A DNA stretch of 64,000 bases, taken from contig CAXWPJ010000009.1 of the NCBI GenBank assembly GCA_963664115.2, positions 64,001 through 128,000 of the forward strand, read 5' to 3'. Every line of letters starts with the position of its first letter. The first letter of the stretch is position 1. This document shows positions 8,865 to 18,999 of this stretch, one piece after another. Under the pieces are notes generated by a model. The model ran no database searches and had not been told where the DNA came from. It was given only the letters and a program-made list of their open reading frames with translations. Origin of the DNA: Terriglobia bacterium (GTDB taxonomy: Bacteria > Acidobacteriota > Terriglobia > 20CM-2-55-15). Both the position numbers and the translations under genes were made by a program.

Positions 8865-9692
8865 CTAACGGAGCAGCTGCAGGACGGACTGAGACGAGGA
8901 GTTCGCCTGAGACAGCGCGGCCAAACCGCTCTGGGTCAGGATGTTGAACTTCGTCAGGGCTGCCGCTTCTTCGGCAATGTTGGCATCGCGGATTCGGGAT
9001 TCCGAAGCCCGGACACTCACCGACATCGTCTGCGCCTGAGAAATGGCGAAACTCAAGCGGTTCATCGCCGCACCAGCTCGACCCTGGGTCGTACCGAGCG
9101 TTCCGATAGCGGTCTGGATGCTCGAGATAGCCGTGGCTGCGTTGGCCTGGCTGGTGATGTTCTGCGTGCTGACTCCCAAACCCTGGGCGTCGGCAGCCGT
9201 GGTCAGAGCAAACGACACGTAGGTAACGCTGGCGGACGTGCTGGTCTGGGTGTTACCCACGAAAACCGATCGTGCGTTCAGGTTCGCATTGCCGGTTTCG
9301 ATGCCGGCAGCCTGCGCGTTTCGGGTGATTTCCGAAAGGACCGACTGGAACTCCGAGTCCAGAGTCGTTCGGGAACCGGTGAAGGTGTCCGAAGCCGCCT
9401 GGCTGGCGAGAGTCAGAGCGCGATCCAGCAACGAGGAAATGTTGTTCATCGCGCCATCTTCGATCTGCAGTTTGCTGATCGCGTCGTTGGCGCTCCGGAT
9501 ACCGATTGTCAGACCGGTGTTGTCCAACTTATGACGATTGGCAACGGCCAGTCCTGCGGCGTCGTCGGCCGCACTGTTGATACGCAGCCCTGACGTCAGT
9601 CGCGCCAGAGTCCGCTGTAAACCTGATTGTGTCCCTTCCAATGTGGCCTGGGCGTTAATCGACGATAGATTCGTAACTACTGAAAAACTCAT
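8865..9692 (-). CDS. fliC: Flagellin (short, about 275 aa)
   Basis: RLTSGLRINSAADDAAGLA and ASESRIRDANIAEE motifs; AAGGAGG RBS before ATG 9692. Confidence 0.96.
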   Translation of the reverse strand: MSFSVVTNLSSINAQATLEGTQSGLQRTLARLTSGLRINSAADDAAGLAVANRHKLDNTGLTIGIRSANDAISKLQIEDGAMNNISSLLDRALTLASQAASDTFTGSRTTLDSEFQSVLSEITRNAQAAGIETGNANLNARSVFVGNTQTSTSASVTYVSFALTTAADAQGLGVSTQNITSQANAATAISSIQTAIGTLGTTQGRAGAAMNRLSFAISQAQTMSVSVRASESRIRDANIAEEAAALTKFNILTQSGLAALSQANSSSQSVLQLLR

Positions 9693-9787
9693 GGGATCCT
9701 CCTTGAACGTTAATAAGGTTGATCGTCCTTGATCCCGACTGGGTTCTGTAGCCCCGTCCAAACATCCGTGTTGTTAGTGTGCTTTCT

Positions 9788-9816
9788 ATATCGGAAGAGG
9801 GATCGGAAATATTTAG
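9788..9816 (-). promoter_or_regulatory. Sigma28 (FliA) promoter of flagellin
   Basis: Minus strand CTAAA-N16-TCCGATAT, about 95 nt upstream of the start. Confidence 0.7.
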
Positions 9817-9929
9817 GAAAAACCGCGAAATTATCAAAAACACGGTTTCGAGAGCTGCGGACCGCAGAGAGTGGAGCGTAAGACTAATAACTAAAGGGGT
9901 TTAGCTTGAAAAAAGAAGACTCCATCGAT

Positions 9930-10340
9930 TCAGTGGTCTTCGCGAGCGGCGTTTCTGTTCCAGTCAGGAATATAAACAACGAGGTTACGACTGCCATTTG
10001 CGACGCTCTGACAAGCCAGCCGGCTGTCCGGCGTCAGTCCCGGAGCAAACGAGAGCTGATCCTCTTCCTCGTCGCTCATTTCCGATAGCGTCTCCCCGCC
10101 TTCCTGGACAACACAGTGACATGTGGAACAGGCACATACGCCTCCACACGCATGGTCGAGATCTATCCCATGAGCCAGCGCAACATCGAGAATGCTACCG
10201 GGCAGGCCGGTATCCCCGTAGGGCAGGCGATCCGGATCCACGTCGACGGTCACGTTCATCGGCAGAAATGTAATGGTGAACTTTTCTGTTGGGGCCTCAA
10301 CCGCCGCCAACTCGTCAAAATAGGGATTGCGTCCGCCCAT
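9930..10340 (-). CDS. fdx: [2Fe-2S] ferredoxin (adrenodoxin/ISC type)
   Basis: HACGGVCACSTCH ... SRLACQ. Confidence 0.9.
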   Translation of the reverse strand: MGGRNPYFDELAAVEAPTEKFTITFLPMNVTVDVDPDRLPYGDTGLPGSILDVALAHGIDLDHACGGVCACSTCHCVVQEGGETLSEMSDEEEDQLSFAPGLTPDSRLACQSVANGSRNLVVYIPDWNRNAAREDH

Positions 10341-10507
10341 ATCAAGATCAATGTTAACACGCGGGAAGGGGATAGACCTGTCGACGCGGTGGGGTCGTGG
10401 GCGGGGGAGGGACCGCTCTAACTACGGGTTGAAGTCCTTGAGCCGGGGAGGTTGAACGCCTGGGGACAGGACTGTCTGTCCCCAAGTGTCCAAGGCGTAC
10501 ACGCGAG

Positions 10508-11026
10508 CTATTGGAGCGCTCGCAGTTCGTTCATGATGATGCCCATCGGAGCCCGTTCCGAGGCGCTCATGCCTATAAACTGCCATCGGATCGTGCCTTC
10601 GCGATCGATAATGAAAGCCGATGGCCGCGCAATACCCTCCTGCGGATGGAGCACATCATAGGCGTTAATGTAAGTCCGCAAAGAGTCGGACAGAACGGGA
10701 TACCGCAAACCCAAGTCCAAAACGGTCTGACGCGCCGTCATCTGAGGGTCCGCACTGAGGGCGATGAGCTCGGCATCGAGCTCCTGAATCTGTTCGTAAT
10801 ACGTTTGCAGCTCGCCGAGCTGCGCTAGGCAAAACGGTCAGGTGTGCATCCGGTAAAATATGACCAAGACATTCTTGTCACCTTCAAAGTACTCCAGGTT
10901 GACAGAAACACCCTGCACGGCCATACCGGTAATATTCGGGGCTTCACGATCCTGCGCCACCGCCGGGATCGCGACCAGCACCAAAAGACAGGCAATTGCC
11001 AAATATCGAGTCCATTTCATAATCAT
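10508..11026 (-). CDS. Exported peroxiredoxin-like (AhpC/TSA redoxin) selenoprotein, UPFC motif
   Basis: ORFs 10838-11026 and 10508-10741 share a frame; reading through TGA 10838-10840 gives FYRMHT-U-PFCLAQLGELQ...RPSAFIIDREGTIRW; signal peptide; SECIS-like hairpin follows. Confidence 0.9.
10802..10836 (-). promoter_or_regulatory. Bacterial SECIS element candidate
   Basis: mRNA stem GCAGCTC-GGC-GAGCTGC (10823-10807), loop starting with G 21 nt after the UGA; lower pairing CGTTT/AAACG. Confidence 0.75.
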
Positions 11027-11697
11027 TCTTCGGCTCCCCCTTCCGAGATCATCGGTACAAATCGTACCGGAATGCCGTCTTGAATGTCCATCCCCAAGGT
11101 CCCGATTCGGGTCACCCGACAGAGAACCTGTTTACCGGCGTCCTTAGCAAGGGGAAGAACCATGACGCCGTCCGGAGAAAGCTGCTCGACCAATCGCGGT
11201 GGGACCCGCCCGGCGCAAGCGGTCACGATAATACGGTCGAAGGGTGCAAATTCGGACCAGCCCTCCCAACCGTTCCCATGGCGAAACCGAAGGTTGCGGT
11301 AACCCCGCCCCCCAAGGCATCGACGCGCATTGTCGAGCAGGGCCACGCGCGCCTCAACCGTAAAGACTTCCCGAACAATCTCAGCAAGAACGGCGGCCTG
11401 ATAACCCGAGCCAGTCCCGATTTCAAGAACCCGCAATTCCGCCCGAAGACCAAGCATCTCTGTCATCAACGCCACGATGTAGGGTTGCGATATTGTCTGT
11501 TCTTCACCGATGGGTAACGGGGAGTCGGCGTAAGCTTCGTCCATATGTTCGGTCCCTACAAAGGCGTGCCGTGGAACCCGGCGCATTGCGGCAAGCACCA
11601 GAGGGTCCCGGATGCTCCGCACCTCGAGTTGCGAGGTGACCATGCGTTGGCGGCGTTCACGGTGTTGGCGGGCGTCTTCGAATTGTTCCGTAGTCAA
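11023..11697 (-). CDS. pcm: Protein-L-isoaspartate O-methyltransferase
   Basis: VPRHAFV, QTISQPYIVA, VLEIGTGSGYQAA, APFDRIIVTA, VRFVPM. Confidence 0.96.
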   Translation of the reverse strand: MTTEQFEDARQHRERRQRMVTSQLEVRSIRDPLVLAAMRRVPRHAFVGTEHMDEAYADSPLPIGEEQTISQPYIVALMTEMLGLRAELRVLEIGTGSGYQAAVLAEIVREVFTVEARVALLDNARRCLGGRGYRNLRFRHGNGWEGWSEFAPFDRIIVTACAGRVPPRLVEQLSPDGVMVLPLAKDAGKQVLCRVTRIGTLGMDIQDGIPVRFVPMISEGGAEE

Positions 11698-12449
11698 GGT
11701 TGGATACCAATAACGGAAAACATCCGGCCCTCTCCGGCGCCATCACGCCGGTAGGAGTGAAACATGTCCCCTCGACAGCGCGTACACAGGGTCGACGCCT
11801 GGATCATATGGGCCCTCACGCCGGCGTCGAGCAGTTGCCGGCGGTTGGCTTCTCCCAGATCGAGGTGGGGCTTCGCCCATTCGGGCTTGCGTCGAAAGAT
11901 GTCCGGATTCGCAAACCGGTCGAAAACCTCCTCCCCGACTTCCATACAACAAACGCCAATATGGGGTCCCATGGCCACCGCAAGATCCCCAGCCGATACG
12001 CCGAATTCCGAAACGATGGCATCCACGAGCTTGGGAACCACGCCCTCGGACGTACCGCGCCATCCCGCATGCGCCATCGCCACGACGCGGGCACTGTCAT
12101 CTGCGATCAAAACAGGAACGCAGTCTGCCGTGCGGACTTCCAGGGCCAGTCCGGTCAAACCGGTATACGCCGCGTCGCCCTCCGGCGCAGCGTTTGCAAA
12201 TTCGTTGCCCTCAACGTGAAGAACCACGTTGGAATGGACCTGGCTCAGGCGACCCACAGGCCATCCGGCCAACCCGAGAGCGACCAGAAATCCATCCCGC
12301 TCGCCCTCTACCCGGGGCTTGCCTCCCCCAGTCGCAGGATCTGGGGACCCCTCACGCCGCGTAGAAAATCCATGGACCACTCCGGAAATCCTTTCAAGTA
12401 TGGGCGCCTTGAAAAAAGTCACATCGGAGCTGTGGTGGGCTTGTAACAT
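11694..12449 (-). CDS. pgeF: YfiH/PgeF family protein (purine nucleoside phosphorylase/laccase-like)
   Basis: HGFSTR, QVHSN, TADCVPV, HAGWRG, CT...HSYRRDG. Confidence 0.93.
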   Translation of the reverse strand: MLQAHHSSDVTFFKAPILERISGVVHGFSTRREGSPDPATGGGKPRVEGERDGFLVALGLAGWPVGRLSQVHSNVVLHVEGNEFANAAPEGDAAYTGLTGLALEVRTADCVPVLIADDSARVVAMAHAGWRGTSEGVVPKLVDAIVSEFGVSAGDLAVAMGPHIGVCCMEVGEEVFDRFANPDIFRRKPEWAKPHLDLGEANRRQLLDAGVRAHMIQASTLCTRCRGDMFHSYRRDGAGEGRMFSVIGIQP

Positions 12450-12531
12450 AGAGCGGTTTTAAGTGATGCGTCTCCGGAACCGGCTTGTCACTTATCACAT
12501 ACAACCGGGCCAAACAGTAAGGAAACCCCAG

Positions 12532-12933
12532 TTGATTGTTGGCATAGGCATCGACGTCATAGAAAACGAGAGGATCGCCGGGTCCCTTGAACGCTTCCCC
12601 GAGCGCTTTGTTTCCCGAATCTACACGGACCGGGAAAAGGAATACTGCCAGGGATGCGCACGTCCGGCGATTCACTACGCCGCACGGTTTGCCGCCAAGG
12701 AAGCAGCGTTCAAGGCTCTCGGAACCGGATGGGCCAAGGGTGTCCACTGGAAAGATGTCGAAGTCGAACGCCTGCCCTCCGGTCAACCCATACTGCATCT
12801 CTATGGTGGGGCACTGGAACGCGCGACTTCACTGGGCGCGGCTCGGTTCTTCGTCTCGCTCACGCACGATCAGACGATCTCGGCCGCGGTCGTCATCATG
12901 GAATCTTTCGAGACGCAAATGGCCCAACTCTGA
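12532..12933 (+). CDS. acpS: Holo-[acyl-carrier-protein] synthase
   Basis: GIGIDVIE, AARFAAKEAAFKALGTG, VSLTHD; TTG start at 12532 after AAGGA. Confidence 0.95.
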   Translation: MIVGIGIDVIENERIAGSLERFPERFVSRIYTDREKEYCQGCARPAIHYAARFAAKEAAFKALGTGWAKGVHWKDVEVERLPSGQPILHLYGGALERATSLGAARFFVSLTHDQTISAAVVIMESFETQMAQL

Positions 12934-13185
12934 TTCGCAAATATCGGTCATCAATCACGTAATTGATGTTCGAGATTAGATGGCCCAAGCCCATCAGCAT
13001 GAGCAAAATGGTTAAGACATTGCCATGACTTCAATCATTTCTCACCTGGTGTAACTGGCGACCAACGGATCGACAACAAGCCTGAGGCTGTGGTTACTGA
13101 TTTCGATGTCCGTGAAATCCATTCTAACGTCCGACAAATCATCTCGTCGAAAGCTGATGTTCGGCAAAGTCCAATTTCGGAGCAC

Positions 13186-13446
13186 ATGATGCTTTTTTAC
13201 ATCATCCTGGTGGGATCAATCATCGGGCTCACGCCCTCGGGTCAAAGCAAGCGCAAGCGGTTCGTCTATGTACCCATCGGTGTCGTTGGTGCATTTGTTG
13301 GAGCATTACTGAGTTTCGGTGATGCACCATTTCTGATAAATCACCCATATCTAAATCCTTGGACACTGGCCATAATTTTCTCCACGCTGCTTGTAACCAT
13401 CGCATGGGCTCTGGAGAAGACGTATTTCAGCCTCATGCTGAAATGA
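13186..13446 (+). CDS. Small membrane protein (GlsB/YeaQ/YmgE-like)
   Basis: GGAG RBS, three hydrophobic segments, IGVVGAFVGALL motif. Confidence 0.55.
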   Translation: MMLFYIILVGSIIGLTPSGQSKRKRFVYVPIGVVGAFVGALLSFGDAPFLINHPYLNPWTLAIIFSTLLVTIAWALEKTYFSLMLK

Positions 13447-13864
13447 CTGCATGCTTGCCACTTTTTTCCGCACTGGCTTGAAGAACTGAACGATAGGCTG
13501 GGGGAGCGGTGAACGGAGCCCCAAGTCATGTATCTGGACTCCTTCTGTCAATTAGGCGCAGCTCTCCGCTCTGCTTTCTCCGGCAAAATATATTCAGCAG
13601 GACTGACTGGAAGTTACGAGGTTGGAGAACGAGTGTAACGTATGCGACGCACGCCATCGATCAGCTTCCGAACGACCTGGAATTCTCGCCGCCGAGACGC
13701 GCGGGCGGATCGGGATTGTGGTGGGTGCGGAGGGTGCATTCGAGGGGCAATGCCGCCTCCCCGCGTCGAGAGCTCTTAGTTCGCCTGGTCTTCACCGACG
13801 CCAGGCCCAATGGCCCTGGCGTCTGCTGACAATATCGCCCGTCCGTACTTAGGGACGGCGCCGA

Positions 13865-14707
13865 CTAAGTAGGCCGATGCGCCCGGAGAAAGGAGCGTAC
13901 CTGGCGCACTGCCACGGGAATCCGCTCCGGAGGCTCCTTCCACGGGAACATGCTCACTTCGGCGTTCGGTGCGAGCATCGCGGCCTCCATGGCGATGGCG
14001 TACACATGCGCCGGAGTGTCATCCGGCATGATCAGCACGGGCGTCTGGCAATTGCGCACGAAATCTCGATCCACGGTGATGACGAAGTCGATGTTGCGGT
14101 ACATGTTGGTCAGGAATTGGTCGATCATCTCCATCGAGATGTCGGGCCGGCGCTCGGCCAACTCAGGGCCCCAACCACCCATGTTGTTGTTGTAGAAGCG
14201 GTCGGGCTCCTCCGCGTTGAAACCACTGGGCTGCGACAGCACGGCGGCGGCGACACGATCCGGAGCCCGCTTGAGCAGGTTCCAGACGAAGGGGCCGCCG
14301 ACGCAGAAACCCATCACCATGAACTTGTCGATCCCCAGGTGATCCATCAAACCGAGGTGGTCATCGGTATACGAATCCCACGGCCGGTCGATCTCGAGCG
14401 GACCCGAAGACTGGCCGCGATTGGAGTTGCGCAGATCCGACGCGATGCAGCGGAACTCTCCCCTGAACTCTTCGATCGCGTTAAAGGGGCGGGCCAAGCC
14501 GGATATCGAGGAGTTCAATCCCCCGCCGGCGATGAGCAATAACGGGAAGCCGGAACCGAACTCCTCATAGTGAATGCGAACGGGGCCTCTTTCGTAGAAA
14601 GAGCCAGTGCCTTCCTGCCCAGTCTGCTGGGCGAACACGCGCGGCGCTGCGGCCATCGCCGTCACTGCAGCTCCTGCTTTCAGTATTTTGCGTCTGATCG
14701 GATCCAT
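13865..14707 (-). CDS. Tat-exported alpha/beta-fold hydrolase
   Basis: IRRKILK twin-arginine signal with VFA cleavage site; nucleophile elbow GFCVGG (Cys); AAGGAGG RBS. Confidence 0.88.
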   Translation of the reverse strand: MDPIRRKILKAGAAVTAMAAAPRVFAQQTGQEGTGSFYERGPVRIHYEEFGSGFPLLLIAGGGLNSSISGLARPFNAIEEFRGEFRCIASDLRNSNRGQSSGPLEIDRPWDSYTDDHLGLMDHLGIDKFMVMGFCVGGPFVWNLLKRAPDRVAAAVLSQPSGFNAEEPDRFYNNNMGGWGPELAERRPDISMEMIDQFLTNMYRNIDFVITVDRDFVRNCQTPVLIMPDDTPAHVYAIAMEAAMLAPNAEVSMFPWKEPPERIPVAVRQVRSFLRAHRPT

Positions 14708-15036
14708 AGTCGGGTCCTCCTTGATCATTATTGCGACCGGGGTGTACGACTCAAAGCGCCCGAGCGCTGTCCTTTTGAGCCTCGAAATATATCATGGTCT
14801 TTCGGGAAGAGCGGTCCAAATTGTGAGAAACCGAGCGCCCAAAAATCAACAGCGTCCAAAACTGGCTTGAAGAACTGAAGGTGCGAGTGCCGGTGCCGTA
14901 AAGTGATGCATGGATCCGCTGAAATCAGCCAACTCGTCGGAAGTTGAAAATTTTAGCAAACGGAGGCCAGCAGCCCGTACAGCCCGTAACCAGTTGATTC
15001 AGTAACACTGAATCGCTTGAATCTAATGATCGTTAA

Positions 15037-16392
15037 TCAGACGATCGCGGCTGCGGTCGTCATCATGGAATCCTGGGCCTCGAGGCCGGGGCCCTGAACT
15101 CCGGAAATCGGGATTCGGTGCCAACGATTTGCCGCCAGGGCCTCCGGCACACGGACCTTGATGAAGTTGTCGCTGATTGCGGACCGCCAACCGGATTCGG
15201 CAGCCTCATCCAAGACCAGCACCCAGATGTCCCGACCCACGAACCGGCGTCGAAAGGCCTCGTTCTTTCGGCCGATCAATTCTCGAAGTTGCTGTCCCCG
15301 GAACCGGGTGACGTGCGCAGGAACGGGGTTCGGATATGCTGCAGCGGCTGTACCCGGGCGTGGAGAATAAGGGAAGACGTGCAGGTAGGTGAGCGCTGAA
15401 TCTTCGATCAGGCGATACGTCATTTGAAAATCGTCGTCGGTTTCACCCGGAAATCCAACCATGACATCAGCCCCGATTGCCGCATCGGGTGCCGCGCTGC
15501 GAATGCCCTCGACCAGCGCCGCATACGCCGGAGCCCGGTAGGGGCGACGCATTGCTTCAAGAACACGCGAAGATCCGCTTTGCATCGGCACATGTAGATG
15601 CGTGGCAACTCTCGAATCGTTTGCGACCCGATCAATTATTTCGGGGGTGACTTCCAACGGTTCGATCGAACTCAGCCTCAATCGTTCCAGAGCCGGAACT
15701 TCGTCGAGGGTCCTGCTCACCAACTCTGTCAGGGAACATCGGGATTCGATGTCACGACCGTAGGAACCCAGGTGAATGCCCGAAAAGACCACTTCTCGAA
15801 AGCCACGCTCCACAAGATCGCGAACCTGTGCCACGACACTGTCGGGCCCGAGGCTCCGGCCCGGCCCCCGGACCGTCGGAATAATGCAGAAGGCACACGT
15901 CGCGTTACACCCGTCCTGAACCTTTACGGTCGCGCGGGTGCGCCCGCCCGACCCCTGATAGGCAGGTTCCGACAGTCTGCGCTGGGGAAAAATCTCGCTG
16001 CAGAATATTTCGGCGCGACCGTCGTCAGTGGAAGCTTCCAGGCGTCCCCGGGCCAAGGCTCCGACCATTCCTTTATGGGAGTTGCCCACAACGTAGCGCA
16101 CCTGAGGCATCGCGGCCAATTCTTCGGGACGCCTTTGCGCGTAACAGCCGGTCACAATGATCTCGGTCTCGGGATTCCGGCGCGCAACCCGGCGGATCAG
16201 GCGGCGGACATCGCGGTCGGCCTCCTCGGTGACGGTGCACGAGTTGATGATCAGTACATCGGCCTGGAAGGGGGAGTCGGCCAGAGCGGCGCTGCCGGCA
16301 CTGGCGGAAAGTTCGGCCTGAATCGCGCCACCCTCGGACTGGGATGTCCGGCAGCCGAAGTTCACGATGTGGAACTTCTTCTCCGGCATCAC
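15037..16392 (-). CDS. mtaB: tRNA threonylcarbamoyladenosine methylthiotransferase
   Basis: INSCTVT, VTGCYAQ, radical [27 protein letters not shown]. Confidence 0.93.
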   Translation of the reverse strand: MMPEKKFHIVNFGCRTSQSEGGAIQAELSASAGSAALADSPFQADVLIINSCTVTEEADRDVRRLIRRVARRNPETEIIVTGCYAQRRPEELAAMPQVRYVVGNSHKGMVGALARGRLEASTDDGRAEIFCSEIFPQRRLSEPAYQGSGGRTRATVKVQDGCNATCAFCIIPTVRGPGRSLGPDSVVAQVRDLVERGFREVVFSGIHLGSYGRDIESRCSLTELVSRTLDEVPALERLRLSSIEPLEVTPEIIDRVANDSRVATHLHVPMQSGSSRVLEAMRRPYRAPAYAALVEGIRSAAPDAAIGADVMVGFPGETDDDFQMTYRLIEDSALTYLHVFPYSPRPGTAAAAYPNPVPAHVTRFRGQQLRELIGRKNEAFRRRFVGRDIWVLVLDEAAESGWRSAISDNFIKVRVPEALAANRWHRIPISGVQGPGLEAQDSMMTTAAAIV

Positions 16393-16895
16393 TCTCCGTT
16401 CAACTGCTCCTGAAGTCGAGCGTTCTTCTCGCCAACACCCCGAGCAAGCTTATCCTTGTGCTCCGCCATGCGATCAGCGAGCGCCGGGTCGGCGGTCGAA
16501 AGGATCTGCACGGCGAACAGCGCCGCGTTTGTAGCGCCTGCCGCTCCGATCGCCATCGTTGCCACCGGAACGCCCGGAGGCATTTGAACCGTAGCCAACA
16601 GCGAGTCGAATCCCTTAAGCGGCGAGCTGTCGATGGGCACTCCGATCACGGGCAGGGTCGTTTCTGCGGCAATGACCCCGGCGAGGTGAGCGGCACTGCC
16701 GGCTCCGGCAATAATGACCCGAAGCCCCCGGTCACTCGCAGTCCGGGCATACTCCCCGGCCCGGTCGGGTGAACGGTGGGCACTGACCACCTCAACCTCC
16801 GCAGTGACACCGAAGTCTTTCAGCACCTTCAGCGCAGATTTCATCACAGGGAGATCCGAGTCGCTTCCCATAAGAACGCCCACAAGAGGTTTCAT
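16389..16895 (-). CDS. purE: N5-CAIR mutase
   Basis: [34 protein letters not shown]. Confidence 0.97.
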   Translation of the reverse strand: MKPLVGVLMGSDSDLPVMKSALKVLKDFGVTAEVEVVSAHRSPDRAGEYARTASDRGLRVIIAGAGSAAHLAGVIAAETTLPVIGVPIDSSPLKGFDSLLATVQMPPGVPVATMAIGAAGATNAALFAVQILSTADPALADRMAEHKDKLARGVGEKNARLQEQLNGE

Positions 16896-18157
16896 CTCTG
16901 CTTATCCAGTCCCTTCTTTCCAATATCGCGCCGGTAGTCTTTGCCTTCGAAGTCTACCATTTCAGCAACAAAGTAGGCTTTCTCCAGTGCCTCCTCTAGC
17001 GTCAATCCCACGGCGGTGACGTTCAACACACGCCCTCCAGAGGTGTAAACATGACCGTCTTCCCTTACGGTGCCGGCATGATAGACGGTGACGTCGCCGA
17101 TGCGGGAAGCTTCGTTCAGGCCGAAAATTTCTTTTCCCTTTTCGATCTTTCCCGGATAGGTCCCCGATACCAGCACAACGGTCGCTGAGACAAGCGGACT
17201 CCACTTCAGTTCGACCTCTCCCAGGCTGTGGTCCCGGATGGCGATCAGCACATCGACAAGATCGGTTTCCATCCTGGGCAGGATCACCTGTGTCTCGGGA
17301 TCTCCAAGACGAACGTTGTACTCCACGAGCTTCGGTCCGTTGTCGGTCAACATCAGACCGGCATACAGGACTCCGGAATACGTTTGGGTAGCCTCCAACG
17401 TCGGACGAATCATGCGATCGATCACATCCTGGCGCACAGCGTCCGACAGCATCGTATCGAGGGAATATGCACCCATGCCGCCCGTATTGGGGCCGGTGTC
17501 GCCCGCAAAGCGCCGCTTGTGGTCCTGGGATGGAACCATCTCTTGAAAATCACGGCCGTCAGCAAAAACGTGAAATGAAACCTCCTCGCCTTCGAGAAAT
17601 TCTTCGATGATCAGACGGGATCCCGCCTCACCCAGCGTGCGGGACTCCATAAGGTCCTGCACGGTCCGAGTGGCCTGTTGGGGGGACTCGGCAATTACGA
17701 CACCTTTACCCGCAGCCAGACCGTCCGCCTTGATAACGGTCGGGTAGTCCACTCCCTCCAGCGCCCGGTAGGCCTCCTCGGCCGTGGCACACTCGGTGTA
17801 GGCGGCGGTGGGTATGGCGTGCTCGGAGCACAGTCGCTTGGTAAAGGCTTTGCTTGATTCCAGTTGTGCCAGTTCTGCGCTGGGCCCGATAACGGGGAGA
17901 TCACGCTTTTGAAACTCGTCCACGACCCCGAGGCTCAGGGGTACTTCGGGGCCGATGACGGTCAAATCGATCGCGTGGCTTTCAGCAAAAGCAGCAAGTC
18001 CCTCAACGGAATCGGCCGGGACCGCCGCCGTTTCAGCCTGTTGGGCGATTCCGCCGTTTCCAGGTGCGGCATAGACCTTCGAGACCCTCGGACCCTCCGC
18101 CAAAGCGTGCACGATGGCATGCTCGCGCCCGCCAGACCCGACGACGAACATCTTCAC
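16892..18157 (-). CDS. purD: Phosphoribosylamine--glycine ligase
   Basis: [24 protein letters not shown]...[16 protein letters not shown]. Confidence 0.97.
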   Translation of the reverse strand: MKMFVVGSGGREHAIVHALAEGPRVSKVYAAPGNGGIAQQAETAAVPADSVEGLAAFAESHAIDLTVIGPEVPLSLGVVDEFQKRDLPVIGPSAELAQLESSKAFTKRLCSEHAIPTAAYTECATAEEAYRALEGVDYPTVIKADGLAAGKGVVIAESPQQATRTVQDLMESRTLGEAGSRLIIEEFLEGEEVSFHVFADGRDFQEMVPSQDHKRRFAGDTGPNTGGMGAYSLDTMLSDAVRQDVIDRMIRPTLEATQTYSGVLYAGLMLTDNGPKLVEYNVRLGDPETQVILPRMETDLVDVLIAIRDHSLGEVELKWSPLVSATVVLVSGTYPGKIEKGKEIFGLNEASRIGDVTVYHAGTVREDGHVYTSGGRVLNVTAVGLTLEEALEKAYFVAEMVDFEGKDYRRDIGKKGLDKQR

Positions 18158-18999
18158 TTTTCGGGAACCTCGATTTCGGAGAGAGTCACGAGTGCTTCGT
18201 TGAGCCGGCCGGATCTATACCCTTCCACGTCGAGCGTGACGAAGCGGAAGCCGATCGCCTTGAACCGGTCCGCTAAGGCCTGAAACATATCCAGGCACAG
18301 CGCCTTTTCGAGTTCGTCGGGCGCAATTTCGATTCGAGCGATCTCATCGTGATGGCGCACGCGGCTTTGTCGGAATCCGAGCGACCTCAGAACGGCCTCC
18401 CCGTCTTCAATCATCCTGAGTTTCTTTTCGGTCACAGGAGAGCCGTAGGGTATCCGCGAGGACAGACAGGCCGAAGCCGGCAGATCCCAGGTGGGTAAAC
18501 CTCGATCTTTCGACAACATCCGGATCTCTCTTTTGCTCAACCCAGCTTCGATCAGCGGACTGCGCACGTCCAATTTTTCCGCCGCTTCCCTGCCAGGGCG
18601 AGTGTCGCCGGTGTCGTCGACGTTGTTTCCGTCGCTCACGCAGAAGAACCCCCCCCGCGCTGCCATCGCTCGCAATTTCGTATACAACTCGTGCTTGCAA
18701 AAATAACAGCGGTTGGTGGGATTCTCCGCATACTTGGGATCTTCCAGCTCGTCAGTCTGGATGAACTCGTGAGGCATGCCATAGCGGCCCACTATTTCGA
18801 GAACCATCTCCTTCTGATAGGCGGGATAGCTGGGACTTTCCGCGGTTACGGCAAGCGCTTTCTCGCCGAGCTCCTCGTGGGCCACCAGGGCCAGGTATGC
18901 GCTGTCCACACCACCACTGAAAGCGATCAGGCAAGAGCCCATGTCGTTGAGAATCGCTCTGAGCAGCGCTTCTTTTTCCTTGGCTTTCGAACCCGCCAC
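18154..18999 (-). CDS. larE: ATP-dependent sacrificial sulfur transferase LarE family
   Basis: PP-loop AFSGGVDS, NRCYFCK, ACLSSRIPYG, RVRHH, GYRSG. Confidence 0.92.
   Translation of the reverse strand: MAGSKAKEKEALLRAILNDMGSCLIAFSGGVDSAYLALVAHEELGEKALAVTAESPSYPAYQKEMVLEIVGRYGMPHEFIQTDELEDPKYAENPTNRCYFCKHELYTKLRAMAARGGFFCVSDGNNVDDTGDTRPGREAAEKLDVRSPLIEAGLSKREIRMLSKDRGLPTWDLPASACLSSRIPYGSPVTEKKLRMIEDGEAVLRSLGFRQSRVRHHDEIARIEIAPDELEKALCLDMFQALADRFKAIGFRFVTLDVEGYRSGRLNEALVTLSEIEVPEK

Larger units (their letters stand above)
12869..15072. mobile_element. Integrase-less genomic islet inserted at the acpS 3' end, bounded by 37-bp direct repeats
   Basis: ATCAGACGATCTCGGCCGCGGTCGTCATCATGGAATC (12869-12905) versus ATCAGACGATCGCGGCTGCGGTCGTCATCATGGAATC (15036-15072), 35/37 identical; IHF-consensus site at 14987-14999. 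Confidence 0.8.

Noticed and set aside
10360-10460. GGACTTCAA on the minus strand next to a selenoprotein gene, suggesting tRNA-Sec; also AGTCCTTGAGCCG resembling 6S RNA
   Set aside because: No anticodon-stem pairing, no TTCGA T-loop or acceptor stem, and no complementary 3' half for a 6S RNA
13500-13860. Short ORFs inside the acpS islet as a possible integrase remnant
   Set aside because: No tyrosine- or serine-recombinase motifs recognisable in the listed frames
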